Source of the DNA: an uncultured Bacteroidales bacterium
Lineage (GTDB): Bacteria; Bacteroidota; Bacteroidia; Bacteroidales; BM520
NCBI GenBank assembly: GCA_964594665.1
Contig: CAZQNY010000005.1
Span: 1 to 61,259 of the forward strand
Reading direction: 5' to 3'
Length of the DNA: 61,259 nt
The notes under the pieces are model-generated. The model did not search any database, had not been told where the DNA came from, and was given only the letters and a program-made list of their open reading frames with translations. Below are positions 7,274 to 17,433 of the stretch, piece after piece (within the stretch, counting starts at the first letter, position 1; each line of letters starts with the position of its first letter). The translations under genes were made by a program, and so were the position numbers.

Positions 7274-8467
7274 ATGACTACAGCTGCGAATTATAATTTT
7301 AACGGCAAACGTGCTTTAATACGTGTTGATTTTAATGTTCCGCTTGATTCGGAATTCACCATAACCGATCCTACCCGTATAAATGCTGCATTACCAACCA
7401 TTAAAAAGGTGTTGGATGATGGTGGATCTGTGGTATTAATGTCACATCTGGGTCGCCCGAAACAAGGGCCGGAAGAGAAATTTTCCATGAAACATCTGTT
7501 GCCCTACCTTACAGAGGTAACAGGTGTGGAGGTAAAATTTGCTGATGATTGTGTTAGCGAAGAGTCGTTTGCATTATCTGCCGCATTGAAGCCGGGTGAG
7601 ATCCTTTTACTCAATAACCTGCGTTTTTATAAAGAAGAAACCAAAGGTGATGCTGATTTTGCTGAGAAACTTTCAAAACATGGCGATGTATATGTAAATG
7701 ATGCATTTGGGACGGCACACCGTGCTCATGCTTCCACAACCATTGTAGCGCAGTATTTTGCTGAAGGAGAAAAGATGTTTGGTTTGCTGCTGGGCAAAGA
7801 GATTGAGAGCATGGATAAAGTGCTGAAGGATTCACGCAGGCCATTTACGGCTATCCTCGGAGGCGCTAAAGTTTCCGGTAAGATACAGATTATCGAAAAT
7901 CTGCTTGATAAAGCTGATAATATAATTATTGGCGGTGGAATGATGTTTTCTTTTGTGAAAGCTACGGGTGGTGAAATCGGGAAATCGCTTGTAGAGGATG
8001 AATTTCTTGATCTTGCACGAAAAACATTGAAAATGGCAGAAGAAAAGAATGTTAACGTTTACATTCCTGTTGATGCTATAGAAGCCGATGCTTTTGATAA
8101 CAATGCCAACCGCAAAGAGGTTGCTGCTGATGCTATTGACAGTGAATGGATGGGTTTGGATATTGGAATAAAAAGCATGAAAGAGATTGAAGCAATCCTA
8201 ATGGCTTCGGAAACCATTCTCTGGAATGGCCCTATGGGTGTTTTTGAGATGGATAATTTTGCTGCAGGTACCCGTTTTGTTGCCGAAACAGTGGCTAAAG
8301 CAACAGCAAAAGGTGCTTTTTCACTCATTGGCGGTGGCGACAGCGTGGCAGCCATTAACAAGTATAACCTCAAAGATAAGGTAAGCTATGTTTCTACCGG
8401 TGGTGGAGCAATGCTTGAATATATTGAAGGAAAAGAACTTCCGGGTATTAAGGCAATACGTGGATAG
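7274..8467 (+). CDS. pgk: Phosphoglycerate kinase
   Basis: RVDFNVP, SHLGRP, YVNDAFGTAHRAHAS, WNGPMGVFE and STGGGA motifs. Confidence 0.98.
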   Translation: MTTAANYNFNGKRALIRVDFNVPLDSEFTITDPTRINAALPTIKKVLDDGGSVVLMSHLGRPKQGPEEKFSMKHLLPYLTEVTGVEVKFADDCVSEESFALSAALKPGEILLLNNLRFYKEETKGDADFAEKLSKHGDVYVNDAFGTAHRAHASTTIVAQYFAEGEKMFGLLLGKEIESMDKVLKDSRRPFTAILGGAKVSGKIQIIENLLDKADNIIIGGGMMFSFVKATGGEIGKSLVEDEFLDLARKTLKMAEEKNVNVYIPVDAIEADAFDNNANRKEVAADAIDSEWMGLDIGIKSMKEIEAILMASETILWNGPMGVFEMDNFAAGTRFVAETVAKATAKGAFSLIGGGDSVAAINKYNLKDKVSYVSTGGGAMLEYIEGKELPGIKAIRG

Positions 8468-8491
8468 ATTTGTATTGTGTGGGTTTTATGG

Positions 8492-8519
8492 GGCATGCCT
8501 TCGGGTATGCCTTTTTTTT
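8492..8519 (+). terminator. Intrinsic terminator after pgk
   Basis: ggcatgcc-TTCG-ggtatgcc stem with one G-U pair, then T8. Confidence 0.85.
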
Positions 8520-9081
8520 ATTCCAGTATTTCCGGCTCCTGCCAGTTGTTGAGCTCTTTTTTTATTCTTATGGCCATATATATCTGCCAGATGCCATAAA
8601 TAAGAAGGTATATCCCAATAAATACCATCAGCGTATTGGCAATGCTTTCGGGTTTGCTTATCAGCAGAACTCCGATTGCAAGCATTAGAATACCATTAAA
8701 AAGGCTAACGATATAATTGGAAAAAATATCCCGTAAGGAAAAGATCGTAATAATATGAAAAATGCCTGCCACAATAGCCCAAAGCCCGAAAAGCACAAAG
8801 ATAAACCGCACGACAAACTGCGGTGCTGCAAGGAGGATGATCCCGGGAAGTGCCAGTGCAATACCCTGTGTTATCCATAAACCCCAGGAAAGATTTTTGT
8901 TTTTATTTCGTAAATCTGAAAAGATAAGAATTGCTCCTCCGGTGAACATTGTAGCTCCAAGAATACGCAGAACAAGGTTTGTTGATGTTTCCGGGAGAAG
9001 TAATGCCAGCAGCCCGACAATGATGGCAGCAATACCATGTATTCCAAGGTACCACCAGTTCTTTTTAAGTTGTCTTTTCAT
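8518..9081 (-). CDS. HdeD/DUF308 family membrane protein
   Basis: KKNWW..GI.AIIVGLLALL.P start and repeated short TM hairpins. Confidence 0.8.
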   Translation of the reverse strand: MKRQLKKNWWYLGIHGIAAIIVGLLALLLPETSTNLVLRILGATMFTGGAILIFSDLRNKNKNLSWGLWITQGIALALPGIILLAAPQFVVRFIFVLFGLWAIVAGIFHIITIFSLRDIFSNYIVSLFNGILMLAIGVLLISKPESIANTLMVFIGIYLLIYGIWQIYMAIRIKKELNNWQEPEILE

Positions 9082-9086
9082 AATAA

Positions 9087-9752
9087 TCAGGTAAAGTCTG
9101 TAATAACTTTAAAGATAAGAATAATTCCGAACACTGAAAGGGCTATACCGACAATACGATTCAACCAGTGGATGTTTCTGGGATTTAAGTATTTACTGAT
9201 TTTGGTGCCAATAAGGCTTTTAATCATATCTGTGGCAAATACGGTACAAATGGTACCGCTAAAGAAGGCTATACTGTAGTTAAGGAGTTTTCCTTCGGGC
9301 GCATTTGCACTGACCCAGCCCATGGCTGTTAGCCAGAACACCAGCAGGAACGGGTTTAACAGATTCATAAAATAGCCTTTGACGATGTAGGTTGCAATTC
9401 CGGCATCACGGCTGGTGATTTTTTGCAAAAGATTTTTTTTCTCCGATGGGGGGGGAGCAGCAATTAATTCATCAGGTTTTTTAAAAAATGAATAAATACC
9501 ATAACCGATAAGAATAATTCCTCCAATAACACCAATGAATAATTTGTTCGAAAGGTCGTCGAAAAATGTGGAAGCTCCGATATAGCAGATCGCAATGAGT
9601 GTTATATCGGAAGCAGAAATGCCCAGCGCCATGAAAAAGCTTGATTTAAAACCACGCGACATGCCTGTTTGCATGATAGCTAAAAAGGCAGGGCCAATGC
9701 TTATCGCAATCATTAAACCCAGAATTATGCCATGGAAAATCGTACGGATCAT
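9087..9752 (-). CDS. LysE/RhtB family exporter
   Basis: GLMIAISIGPAFL, GISASD and GYFMNLLNP motifs; about 6 TM segments. Confidence 0.85.
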   Translation of the reverse strand: MIRTIFHGIILGLMIAISIGPAFLAIMQTGMSRGFKSSFFMALGISASDITLIAICYIGASTFFDDLSNKLFIGVIGGIILIGYGIYSFFKKPDELIAAPPPSEKKNLLQKITSRDAGIATYIVKGYFMNLLNPFLLVFWLTAMGWVSANAPEGKLLNYSIAFFSGTICTVFATDMIKSLIGTKISKYLNPRNIHWLNRIVGIALSVFGIILIFKVITDFT

Positions 9753-11293
9753 TTTTCAGTATAGCGCTTAATAAATTCCTGCCATTCTGTTAATTGTGCT
9801 TCTTTAAGAACCCTCGGGAATTTGTGTTGCCCGCCGGTTTTACCTTTCATTTCCATCCAGTCGTAGAAAGCCTCCACCGGTAGCAGAGTAACATTAACAT
9901 TTTTAATTGCGGCAATACGTTCTGTTTTGTAATCGTCGTTAAGAGCTTTAAGATTTTCATCCAACTGATTACGAACGGCTTCAGGGTCTGCATCTCTGTT
10001 TGTACCGATAAACCAATGATGGGCAAACATGGATTCGTGCTTAGTTCCGGCAACAGAGAATTCACGAATTTCCAGGTCGAGCTGTTCTTCAAGTAGCTGA
10101 ACAGCCATATTCATGTTTTCCTGGCTCAGGTGTTCGCCACAAAGGCTAAGGAAATGTTTTGTTCTTCCGGTAATTTGAATCTCACATCGTTCCTTGTCGG
10201 TAAATTTTACAGTATCACCAATAAGGTAACGCCATGCTCCGGAGCAGGTAGAAAGCAGCAGGCCATAGATTTCCCCTTCTTCAACCTGATGCAGGGGTAT
10301 ACTAACAGGGTTCTGCTTTATATTACCATCTTCATCGAAGTTATCATTGTTGAAAGGAACAAACTCCAGAAACAGACCATGGTCGGCGATTAGCTGCATG
10401 GATTCAACATTGGGGCGTGTCTGCAGGGCAATAAATCCTTCGGATGCCAGATAGGTCTCCATGTAAATAAGCGGATGAGCAAGCAATTTCTCGAAGCCAG
10501 TTTTATAAGGCTGGAAAGCTACACCACCATGAACAAAGATGGAAAGATGCGGCCAGATATCGTGTATCGTTGTGAGCTCATAATGCTCAATGATGCGTTC
10601 CAAAAGAATCTGAAGCCATGCAGGAACACCTACTATAGCTCCAATATCCCAGTCTTTTGCCTTGCGTACAATTTCATCCAGCTTTTTGTTCCAGTCTTTT
10701 TCTCTGGAGATTTTTCTTCCCGGATAGTAAAACCGCTGAAACCAAAAAGGCAATTTCCCGGTGTTTATTCCCGATAGATCACCTTCGTAATATACGCCGT
10801 TATAATCAAGATGCGTGCTTCCGCCAAGCATCAAAGCTCCCTTGGTATAAAACTCTTTTGGGAGGTTGTAGTGTGCCAGGGATAAGGCTTCACGGATACT
10901 GGTTTTTCGTATCTGTTTCACCATATCAGTGGTAACGGGAATATATTTACTTGATGCCTCTGATGTTCCGGAACTCAGGGCAAAATATTTTATTTTTCCC
11001 GGCCAGGTGATATTTGATTCCCCGTTAAGGCTTCTGTTCCACCAGGCCTTGAACATGGAGTTGTAGTCAAATACAGGAACCCGTTTTTGGTATTCACTGA
11101 TAATGTCTTCGTCATTACAACGAAGTAATTCACTAAACTGATGGGCCTTCCCAAACTCAGTATTTTGACTTTTACGAAGGAGTTTTCGCAACTCTTCCAC
11201 CTGAATGGCATGGACATTTTCGTAGATCGGGTCTCCTGACCCTCTGTTTTCCACAACATTCTTAAGTATTGATCCTATAACTGGTACTGGCAT
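9749..11293 (-). CDS. GH3 family acyl-adenylate-forming enzyme
   Basis: FALSSGTSEASSKYIP, ETYLASEGF, WRYLIGDTVKF and GRTKHFLSLCGE motifs. Confidence 0.9.
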   Translation of the reverse strand: MPVPVIGSILKNVVENRGSGDPIYENVHAIQVEELRKLLRKSQNTEFGKAHQFSELLRCNDEDIISEYQKRVPVFDYNSMFKAWWNRSLNGESNITWPGKIKYFALSSGTSEASSKYIPVTTDMVKQIRKTSIREALSLAHYNLPKEFYTKGALMLGGSTHLDYNGVYYEGDLSGINTGKLPFWFQRFYYPGRKISREKDWNKKLDEIVRKAKDWDIGAIVGVPAWLQILLERIIEHYELTTIHDIWPHLSIFVHGGVAFQPYKTGFEKLLAHPLIYMETYLASEGFIALQTRPNVESMQLIADHGLFLEFVPFNNDNFDEDGNIKQNPVSIPLHQVEEGEIYGLLLSTCSGAWRYLIGDTVKFTDKERCEIQITGRTKHFLSLCGEHLSQENMNMAVQLLEEQLDLEIREFSVAGTKHESMFAHHWFIGTNRDADPEAVRNQLDENLKALNDDYKTERIAAIKNVNVTLLPVEAFYDWMEMKGKTGGQHKFPRVLKEAQLTEWQEFIKRYTEK

Positions 11294-11317
11294 AGCTCGC
11301 CTGGTTTAATTTGAGTG

Positions 11318-11325
11318 CAAAGTTA
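11318..11325 (-). promoter_or_regulatory. -7 element (TAACTTTG) for the GH3-lysE-hdeD unit
   Basis: Exact TAnnTTTG followed by CA on the minus strand, 24 nt before the start. Confidence 0.55.
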
Positions 11326-11401
11326 ATAATTATTTTATTTTAAAAGTCCTCTTTTTTATGCATTATAAACACTTGAAATACAATACTTTATAAGGCTTTC
11401 T

Positions 11402-12520
11402 TTATTCAAACAGCGTAGAGGCGATGCCATCGAGATGAAACCACCCTTCTTCTGTGGTGCAAATATGGTTATTTGTCTCAAATAATAGACCATTATTTAT
11501 ATAAAGTGTTGCTTTTGATCGCACTGAATTGAACGTATCTTCCCCGAAGTTTTCCCTAATGTATTCATTGTGAATACCATCAGCTGTTCTGAGGTGCGTC
11601 ATAATATATTCATTGATTTTATCCTTCTCCGACAGGATTTCTTTTTCAGCCGGGATTGCCTTTTGTTGTAAAGCATTGATATACCTGTTGATGGCAGCGA
11701 TGTTCCATTGCCGTGAAGTACCATTATAGGAATGTGCTGATGCGCCAACGCCAAGATAAGTTGATTGGTTCCAGTAGGCCGAATTGTGCATTGACTCCCT
11801 TCCAGGCAGCGAGAAGTTGGATACTTCGTAATGATAATACCCGGCAGTTTTTAATTTTTGTACCAATATTTCAAAACACGCTCTGCTATGCTCATCGGAA
11901 ACAGGTTGATATTTTTTTGTGTTAATAAAATGATGTAATGCTGTTCCGGGCTCAACGGTTAATGCATAGGCTGAAATATGTTCCGGCGTCAGGCCTGTGG
12001 CTATGTTGATTTGTTCCTCCCACTGCCCAAGACTCTGAATAGGAATGCCGTAAATAAGATCAATGGAAATGTTGTCAAACCCTGTTTTACGGGCATTACA
12101 TACGGCCATTTGTGCCTGATCGCCCGAATGTCTGCGGTTAAGCCATGTCAAATCCCTGTCGTTGAACGATTGTATGCCGATACTGAGTCTGTTAATTCCT
12201 GAACAACGGATATTGTGCAAATACGACTCTGATAACTCATCAGGGTTTACCTCAAAGGTCGCTTCATGAAGCTTCAGGGAGAAGTGCTTATATATTGTAT
12301 TAAGAATTGCATCAACCTGAGATGGCTGCAACAGGCTTGGTGTTCCCCCCCCGAAGTAGATTGTTTCAACCGGTTCATTTAAGTACGCTTTCCGGAGCAC
12401 CAGTTCGTCGCAGAGTGCATTGACGTATGCAGGAATTAAATCAAGTGCCGGTTGAGAGAAGAAGTTGCAGTAGTGGCATTTTTTAACGCAAAACGGGATG
12501 TGAATATATATTCCGGCCAT
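11402..12520 (-). CDS. hemW: Radical SAM heme chaperone HemW (HemN-like)
   Basis: GIYIHIPFCVKKCHYCNF, YFGGGTPS, RLSIGIQSF, YEVSNF and HNSAYW motifs. Confidence 0.9.
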   Translation of the reverse strand: MAGIYIHIPFCVKKCHYCNFFSQPALDLIPAYVNALCDELVLRKAYLNEPVETIYFGGGTPSLLQPSQVDAILNTIYKHFSLKLHEATFEVNPDELSESYLHNIRCSGINRLSIGIQSFNDRDLTWLNRRHSGDQAQMAVCNARKTGFDNISIDLIYGIPIQSLGQWEEQINIATGLTPEHISAYALTVEPGTALHHFINTKKYQPVSDEHSRACFEILVQKLKTAGYYHYEVSNFSLPGRESMHNSAYWNQSTYLGVGASAHSYNGTSRQWNIAAINRYINALQQKAIPAEKEILSEKDKINEYIMTHLRTADGIHNEYIRENFGEDTFNSVRSKATLYINNGLLFETNNHICTTEEGWFHLDGIASTLFE

Positions 12521-12522
12521 AA

Positions 12523-14028
12523 TTATTTTTTCAGAATGATACGGAACGTTGTGCCTTTATCCAGCATGCTGCTTTTTACAAAGATCTTACCGTTATGGTA
12601 TTCGTTGATAATTCTTTTTGCCAGTGTAAGGCCTAAGCCCCATCCTCTGGATTTTGATGTTACTCCCGGATTAAAGATGGACTTGAAGTTGGCCTTTGGG
12701 ATTCCCTTACCTGTATCCGCGATATCAATAATAACCAGGTCATTTTCTTCTGTCATCGTCAGGGTTATTGATCCTGCACCACCCATGGCATCGATAGCGT
12801 TTTTGCAGAGGTTTTCTATAACCCACTCGAAGAGTGGAATATTCAGGGGTACAATAATATGATCCTTCTCCGGAAGGTTGATATTGTACGTTACTTTTGA
12901 TGAAGTGCGTTGTTTGAGGTATGTAACAGCTTCGGAAACGGTATGAACGATGTTTTCATCTTTCAGTGTTGGCTCGGAGCCGATTTTTGAAAACCTCTGT
13001 GCAATAGTTTCAAGCCGGTGAACATCTTTATCGAGTTCATCTGCAACATCTGTTTCTCCTTTTATTCGCAGAAGTTCGCTCCACGCCATGATACTTGACA
13101 ATGGTGTTCCCAGCTGATGGGCTGTTTCTTTTGCCATTCCTGCCCACACCTGATTTTGTTCCGATCTCCTGGAGGTGCTGAATATCAGATAGCTGATAAA
13201 TATAAACAAAGCAATAATGCCAAGCTGGATAATTGGATATAGCTGTAATTTGGTGAGTATCAGGCTGTCTTTATAGAAGATATAATTTGTGCTTTTTTCA
13301 AGCTGTAATTCAATAGGTGTATTTTGCGACTGCATATCTTCAATCATCTTATGCATATAGATGGAGTCGCTGGTTTTTTCATAGGGGATATTCCCCTGGG
13401 CGATGATTTTATTCATGCTGCTATCGGTAATAATTACCGGTACCGAAGCAGAGTTTATGACCGTTTCGGAGAAGAAGTCACGAATAAGCTCATCCAGATA
13501 ATCTCTGAGCTCTGTATAGACTTTTGATTCTTTGTAATACAGATAATTGATTGTTCCCCCTGCATCGACGGTTACAGGATCATAAACCGAGAATTCTTTC
13601 AGCAGCTCTCCACGAAGGAACGCAACGGTGTCAGGGTTGAATTCTACATTTCTGGCACCAAGGATTTTATGCTGCCTGTTGGTTTGAACAACAGGGATGG
13701 TTTTGTTATTCTGTATGATGTTGGAATAAAACGTAAGCTCTTCGTTGGTTTCTGCCTCCACGGCCCGTTTGGTAGCTTCTGCCAGCAGCTCTACACGGCG
13801 CCGTTCTTCTTCCTGGATGCGAAGGAAAAATTGTTCGGTATAGTTTACCAGTTCGGCTCTGCGGTTAATGGCATCAGCCCATAAGGTGACATTTTTCTTC
13901 TCATCACGGGCAATTTTTGAAACAATCGTGTTGGTATACCATAACGAAATCGTTACGATAGCCACAAAAGTGAAAAACAGCAGCCATTTCCACCGGTGTT
14001 TTTTGCTGTAAAAATCGAAGATACTCAT
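12523..14028 (-). CDS. Membrane sensor histidine kinase
   Basis: Two TM segments; H-box ETAHQLGTPLS, N-box ENLCKNAIDA, G-boxes DTGKGI and GWGLGL. Confidence 0.92.
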   Translation of the reverse strand: MSIFDFYSKKHRWKWLLFFTFVAIVTISLWYTNTIVSKIARDEKKNVTLWADAINRRAELVNYTEQFFLRIQEEERRRVELLAEATKRAVEAETNEELTFYSNIIQNNKTIPVVQTNRQHKILGARNVEFNPDTVAFLRGELLKEFSVYDPVTVDAGGTINYLYYKESKVYTELRDYLDELIRDFFSETVINSASVPVIITDSSMNKIIAQGNIPYEKTSDSIYMHKMIEDMQSQNTPIELQLEKSTNYIFYKDSLILTKLQLYPIIQLGIIALFIFISYLIFSTSRRSEQNQVWAGMAKETAHQLGTPLSSIMAWSELLRIKGETDVADELDKDVHRLETIAQRFSKIGSEPTLKDENIVHTVSEAVTYLKQRTSSKVTYNINLPEKDHIIVPLNIPLFEWVIENLCKNAIDAMGGAGSITLTMTEENDLVIIDIADTGKGIPKANFKSIFNPGVTSKSRGWGLGLTLAKRIINEYHNGKIFVKSSMLDKGTTFRIILKK

Positions 14029-14130
14029 TGATATAGTGAACGATAAGTTTAACCGTCTATTGTATTGACATCCAAACGTACAAAAAAAAACGCAGTTGCA
14101 CTATTTCTGACCGTGGTATACGATGTTTTG

Positions 14131-14138
14131 TATTTTTG
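14131..14138 (+). promoter_or_regulatory. -7 element (TATTTTTG) for the DUF2179 gene
   Basis: Exact TAnnTTTG followed by CA, 16 nt before ATG 14155. Confidence 0.5.
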
Positions 14139-14154
14139 CAAAAAAATAAATGCT

Positions 14155-14751
14155 ATGGAATCTTTTATGACATCTCCCTGGTTTACATGGGTTTTATTAC
14201 CTCTGTTAATATTCGTTTCAAGAATAATGGATGTAAGTGTTGGAACGATGCGTCTGATTTTTGTTTCCAAAGGTAATAAGCATATGGCGCCTATCTTAGG
14301 GTTCTTTGAAGTCATTATCTGGCTGATTGCCATTGGTCAGATTATGCAACACCTCAATAATGTTATGTGTTATATTGCCTATGGAGGTGGTTTTGCTGCC
14401 GGCAACTATATTGGTATCTACCTTGAAGAAAAGATGAAAATCGGTACTGTCATGTTCCGGGTGTTCCCCAAGAAGGATACTACGGCTCTTGCCGAAAATT
14501 TGCGGGAAAAGGGTTTTGGTATTACAACAATGGATATCAACGGCAAACTGGGGCCCAGCCAGATGATTTTTAGTGTAATGGATCGCCGTAGTGTTCCTGA
14601 GGCCCTGGAAATTGTGCAGCAGCATAATCCCGGTGCATTTTATACTATTGAAGATATCCGAGGGGTAAAGGAAGGATATACAAGGATGATAACCTCTAAA
14701 AATAAGTCTGTTTTTCGGGTTTCAAATCCCATGCGGCGGAAGGGGAAATAA
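14155..14751 (+). CDS. UPF0316 / DUF2179-DUF5698 membrane protein
   Basis: LLIFVSRIMDVSVGTMR, GFFEVIIW and AYGGGFAAGNYIG motifs; start moved from 14065 to ATG 14155. Confidence 0.85.
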   Translation: MESFMTSPWFTWVLLPLLIFVSRIMDVSVGTMRLIFVSKGNKHMAPILGFFEVIIWLIAIGQIMQHLNNVMCYIAYGGGFAAGNYIGIYLEEKMKIGTVMFRVFPKKDTTALAENLREKGFGITTMDINGKLGPSQMIFSVMDRRSVPEALEIVQQHNPGAFYTIEDIRGVKEGYTRMITSKNKSVFRVSNPMRRKGK

Positions 14752-14792
14752 AAATGTTGTCAACAGGAGGGTAACAAAACAGCTATTCCCCG

Positions 14793-17393
14793 TCACCAAT
14801 CGATCTCAAACCGCTTCTTTTTTTTCACTTTCCTGATAACACTATCCTGCTCCTCTTCTTTCTTGTCCCATTGAATATTAAACCCTTTCCCGGCCTCCGG
14901 TATAGCTACCGAATCTGCCTCTTCCTGTTGCGTTATCGCCTGCCATTCCTTCCGCTCTTTTTCCAGCTCCTTGCTGATGGCTTTTCTGGCTTTTGGCGTA
15001 TCATATCTGAATTTTGGCGATTCACTCGTTCCGGATACTGCAATATACAAGCGTGTCTGCTTTCTGTTATCCTCCTGAATAACCCCAAATTCACTGTCAG
15101 GGTTCTTCTGGTTGTACTTTTTACTGAGTAATTCTGCCAGTGCAAGGTCTATATGGTAGTCCAGGTTGCCATCAAATCCTTGTTTGCCTTCCATCGACAA
15201 ATCCAATACATTATTTCTGACCTCCATGGATGGAATAATGATCGCGTTATTATGTATATAGATCTGATTCTCCAGCGTTTCGAACTGAATGTCGCTGAGA
15301 TCATCCAAAGCCAGAAATCCACTGAAATCTGTAAGCGGGCCAAAATTATGTAGCCTGCCATCTCGAATAAGAATGTTTGCGTCCAGGGTTAATGAACTTA
15401 GCTCAGGTGTGAACCCGGAATCCAGAGGACTGGTAATATGTAGGTCGGTAGTAAGACTTCCACTGATGTTTTCATCCGTTAAGACCTCAAGACCAAAATT
15501 GTCGCAGATATAAAAGATTTTGGATATATCCAGGGAATTACCTTCCACACTGGCTTTCAACAATGGTGCTGACCGATAATCCGTGATGGCGGCAGTAGCA
15601 TTAATATGCCCTTTGTTATGCCATAACTGTATGTTATTTAGAAAGATGTCCTTGTCGGTTATCCTGATATCCATTTTTGTATCAGTAAAATTATCCTGAT
15701 GATAAATAATGTCATCTGCAACCAGGCTAATGGTGGCATCAATCCCGGGAAGGGTGTTGATATTAAAGGTGTTACCTGTACTCGAGTTGTTTTTATCAGC
15801 AAGAAAGTTATCAATATTAAAGGACTCTGAAAGTATTGATAAACTGGCATGAACCGTTTTAGCATTGTTTGACAGCAGGGATTCTGTTAATCCTTCCATT
15901 GTTCCTGAAATTGTGAGATCACTGCCGCGGTAACTTAAAACAGCCTCCGGAATATTCGCCTTCCGGGGTGTGGCATTTCCTTTAATAGCAGCTATTCTTA
16001 ATGGATCTTTTCCTTCCGGGGCAATCATCAGGTTTCTGAGGTCAAAGTCAGTACTGATCTCGGCAATCAGCAATTCTTTTTTCCAGGCACTCTGCAGGTC
16101 TTTCAGGCATCCTTTGTATTGAAGATTAATGTTTCCGTTTCCTTCCTTTATTGGTAATTCAGGGATACTGGCAGAAAGAAGGGAAAAATCTACATCTGTG
16201 TTCAACGCTGAATTGATGTATAGCCGGTTGAGGTTTCTGATGACGATCCATCCGGTAGACTGGCAATCGTGCTGTAATGATGCCGAAAAATCCTGAAGCT
16301 TTAAATAGAAATCCTCCGGATGAGCAGGGAAGTAACCGGCTTCAGCATTTGTTTTTATGTTATAAACCGACAAATTATCTTCATCGAAATGAATACTGTC
16401 GAGAGCAATGGTCGTTGTTAATTCTATTGCAGGCAAACTTTGGAATAGCGCATCACCATTGAGCGTTCCTGAAAAGGCTACTGTCCCGCAGGGATTCCAT
16501 TTTCTGAGTTCCGCAGTGCTCCCGTCAGGAAGCATTTTTATGACTTTCTGAATATCTATACCGGGTGAATTCGCTTCTATACGGTATTGATGATCTGCCA
16601 TGGGAATAATCTCATCCGATGATAAATAGATGGTCATATCATCGATTACCAGCCGGGCACCATCGATTGTGTAACTTCCTGAAACCGGATTATACCTTGC
16701 TTCTGCCATTATTGTGGAATAGGATGATGGAAGTTGCAGCCCCGGGAGGTCTGTTTTTGCCGTTATACCAAGATTGATTGACAGGAGAGAATCCCGGGAG
16801 GTTATACTAATTCCACATGTTGCGATTTCCGCTGTTATGTCGTGGTCATTGCCATTTATATACCTGATATTTACTCTGTTAAGCTGAAGCTTCGGGATAC
16901 TGATTGTTGGAATAATGGATGTTCCGCTATCCGAAGTGTTGTTTTGCAGTAAAAAGTCATAATTGGTTTTCCCTTTACCAGACTGGTAAATAACGATATC
17001 TGCGTCTTCCAGCAGAAAAGACTCAATATGATATGTTTTGTGTAACACCGAAAGCAGATCAATGCGAACAAAAAAGGATTTAACAACAGCCAGTGGCGGA
17101 ACATCGGGGTTATAGCCCTCAGGCGACAGTGTCGTTCCTGAAAGCCGCACGCTGATGTCAGGAAAGTGCCTGAATAATTCGATATCAGCGGCATTGATGG
17201 TGATATCAGCGTCAACTCTGTCGTGTAGTTGCTGGATAATGACGGTTTTGATTTGTTCGTCATTGGCGTCAACATAGATAAGCACGCCTGCAAATACAGC
17301 CATAACAGCAATGATGGCAATGGTAATAATCAGTGCCACTATTTTTACTATGCGCCTTACGACAGATTTTGGGGCCTCTTGAGGTGTGTTCAT
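14793..17393 (-). CDS. AsmA family protein (N-terminal anchor, AsmA-like C-terminal region)
   Basis: One N-terminal TM; FPDISVRLS start; C-terminal IQFETLENQIYI...MEVRNNVLDL.MEGKQGFDGNLDYHI. Confidence 0.8.
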   Translation of the reverse strand: MNTPQEAPKSVVRRIVKIVALIITIAIIAVMAVFAGVLIYVDANDEQIKTVIIQQLHDRVDADITINAADIELFRHFPDISVRLSGTTLSPEGYNPDVPPLAVVKSFFVRIDLLSVLHKTYHIESFLLEDADIVIYQSGKGKTNYDFLLQNNTSDSGTSIIPTISIPKLQLNRVNIRYINGNDHDITAEIATCGISITSRDSLLSINLGITAKTDLPGLQLPSSYSTIMAEARYNPVSGSYTIDGARLVIDDMTIYLSSDEIIPMADHQYRIEANSPGIDIQKVIKMLPDGSTAELRKWNPCGTVAFSGTLNGDALFQSLPAIELTTTIALDSIHFDEDNLSVYNIKTNAEAGYFPAHPEDFYLKLQDFSASLQHDCQSTGWIVIRNLNRLYINSALNTDVDFSLLSASIPELPIKEGNGNINLQYKGCLKDLQSAWKKELLIAEISTDFDLRNLMIAPEGKDPLRIAAIKGNATPRKANIPEAVLSYRGSDLTISGTMEGLTESLLSNNAKTVHASLSILSESFNIDNFLADKNNSSTGNTFNINTLPGIDATISLVADDIIYHQDNFTDTKMDIRITDKDIFLNNIQLWHNKGHINATAAITDYRSAPLLKASVEGNSLDISKIFYICDNFGLEVLTDENISGSLTTDLHITSPLDSGFTPELSSLTLDANILIRDGRLHNFGPLTDFSGFLALDDLSDIQFETLENQIYIHNNAIIIPSMEVRNNVLDLSMEGKQGFDGNLDYHIDLALAELLSKKYNQKNPDSEFGVIQEDNRKQTRLYIAVSGTSESPKFRYDTPKARKAISKELEKERKEWQAITQQEEADSVAIPEAGKGFNIQWDKKEEEQDSVIRKVKKKKRFEIDW

Positions 17394-17433
17394 CCTTCAG
17401 TTATTCTTTTTAGATAACGCGAAGATTATACTT

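Noticed and set aside
9448-9455. G8 run in lysE as a phase-variation tract
   Set aside because: It is short and in frame, encoding the Pro-rich APPP linker; the gene is intact.
14082-14090. A9 run in the divergent kinase/DUF2179 promoter region
   Set aside because: A and T runs of 7-9 nt are common in intergenic DNA across this window, so there is no evidence of a switch.
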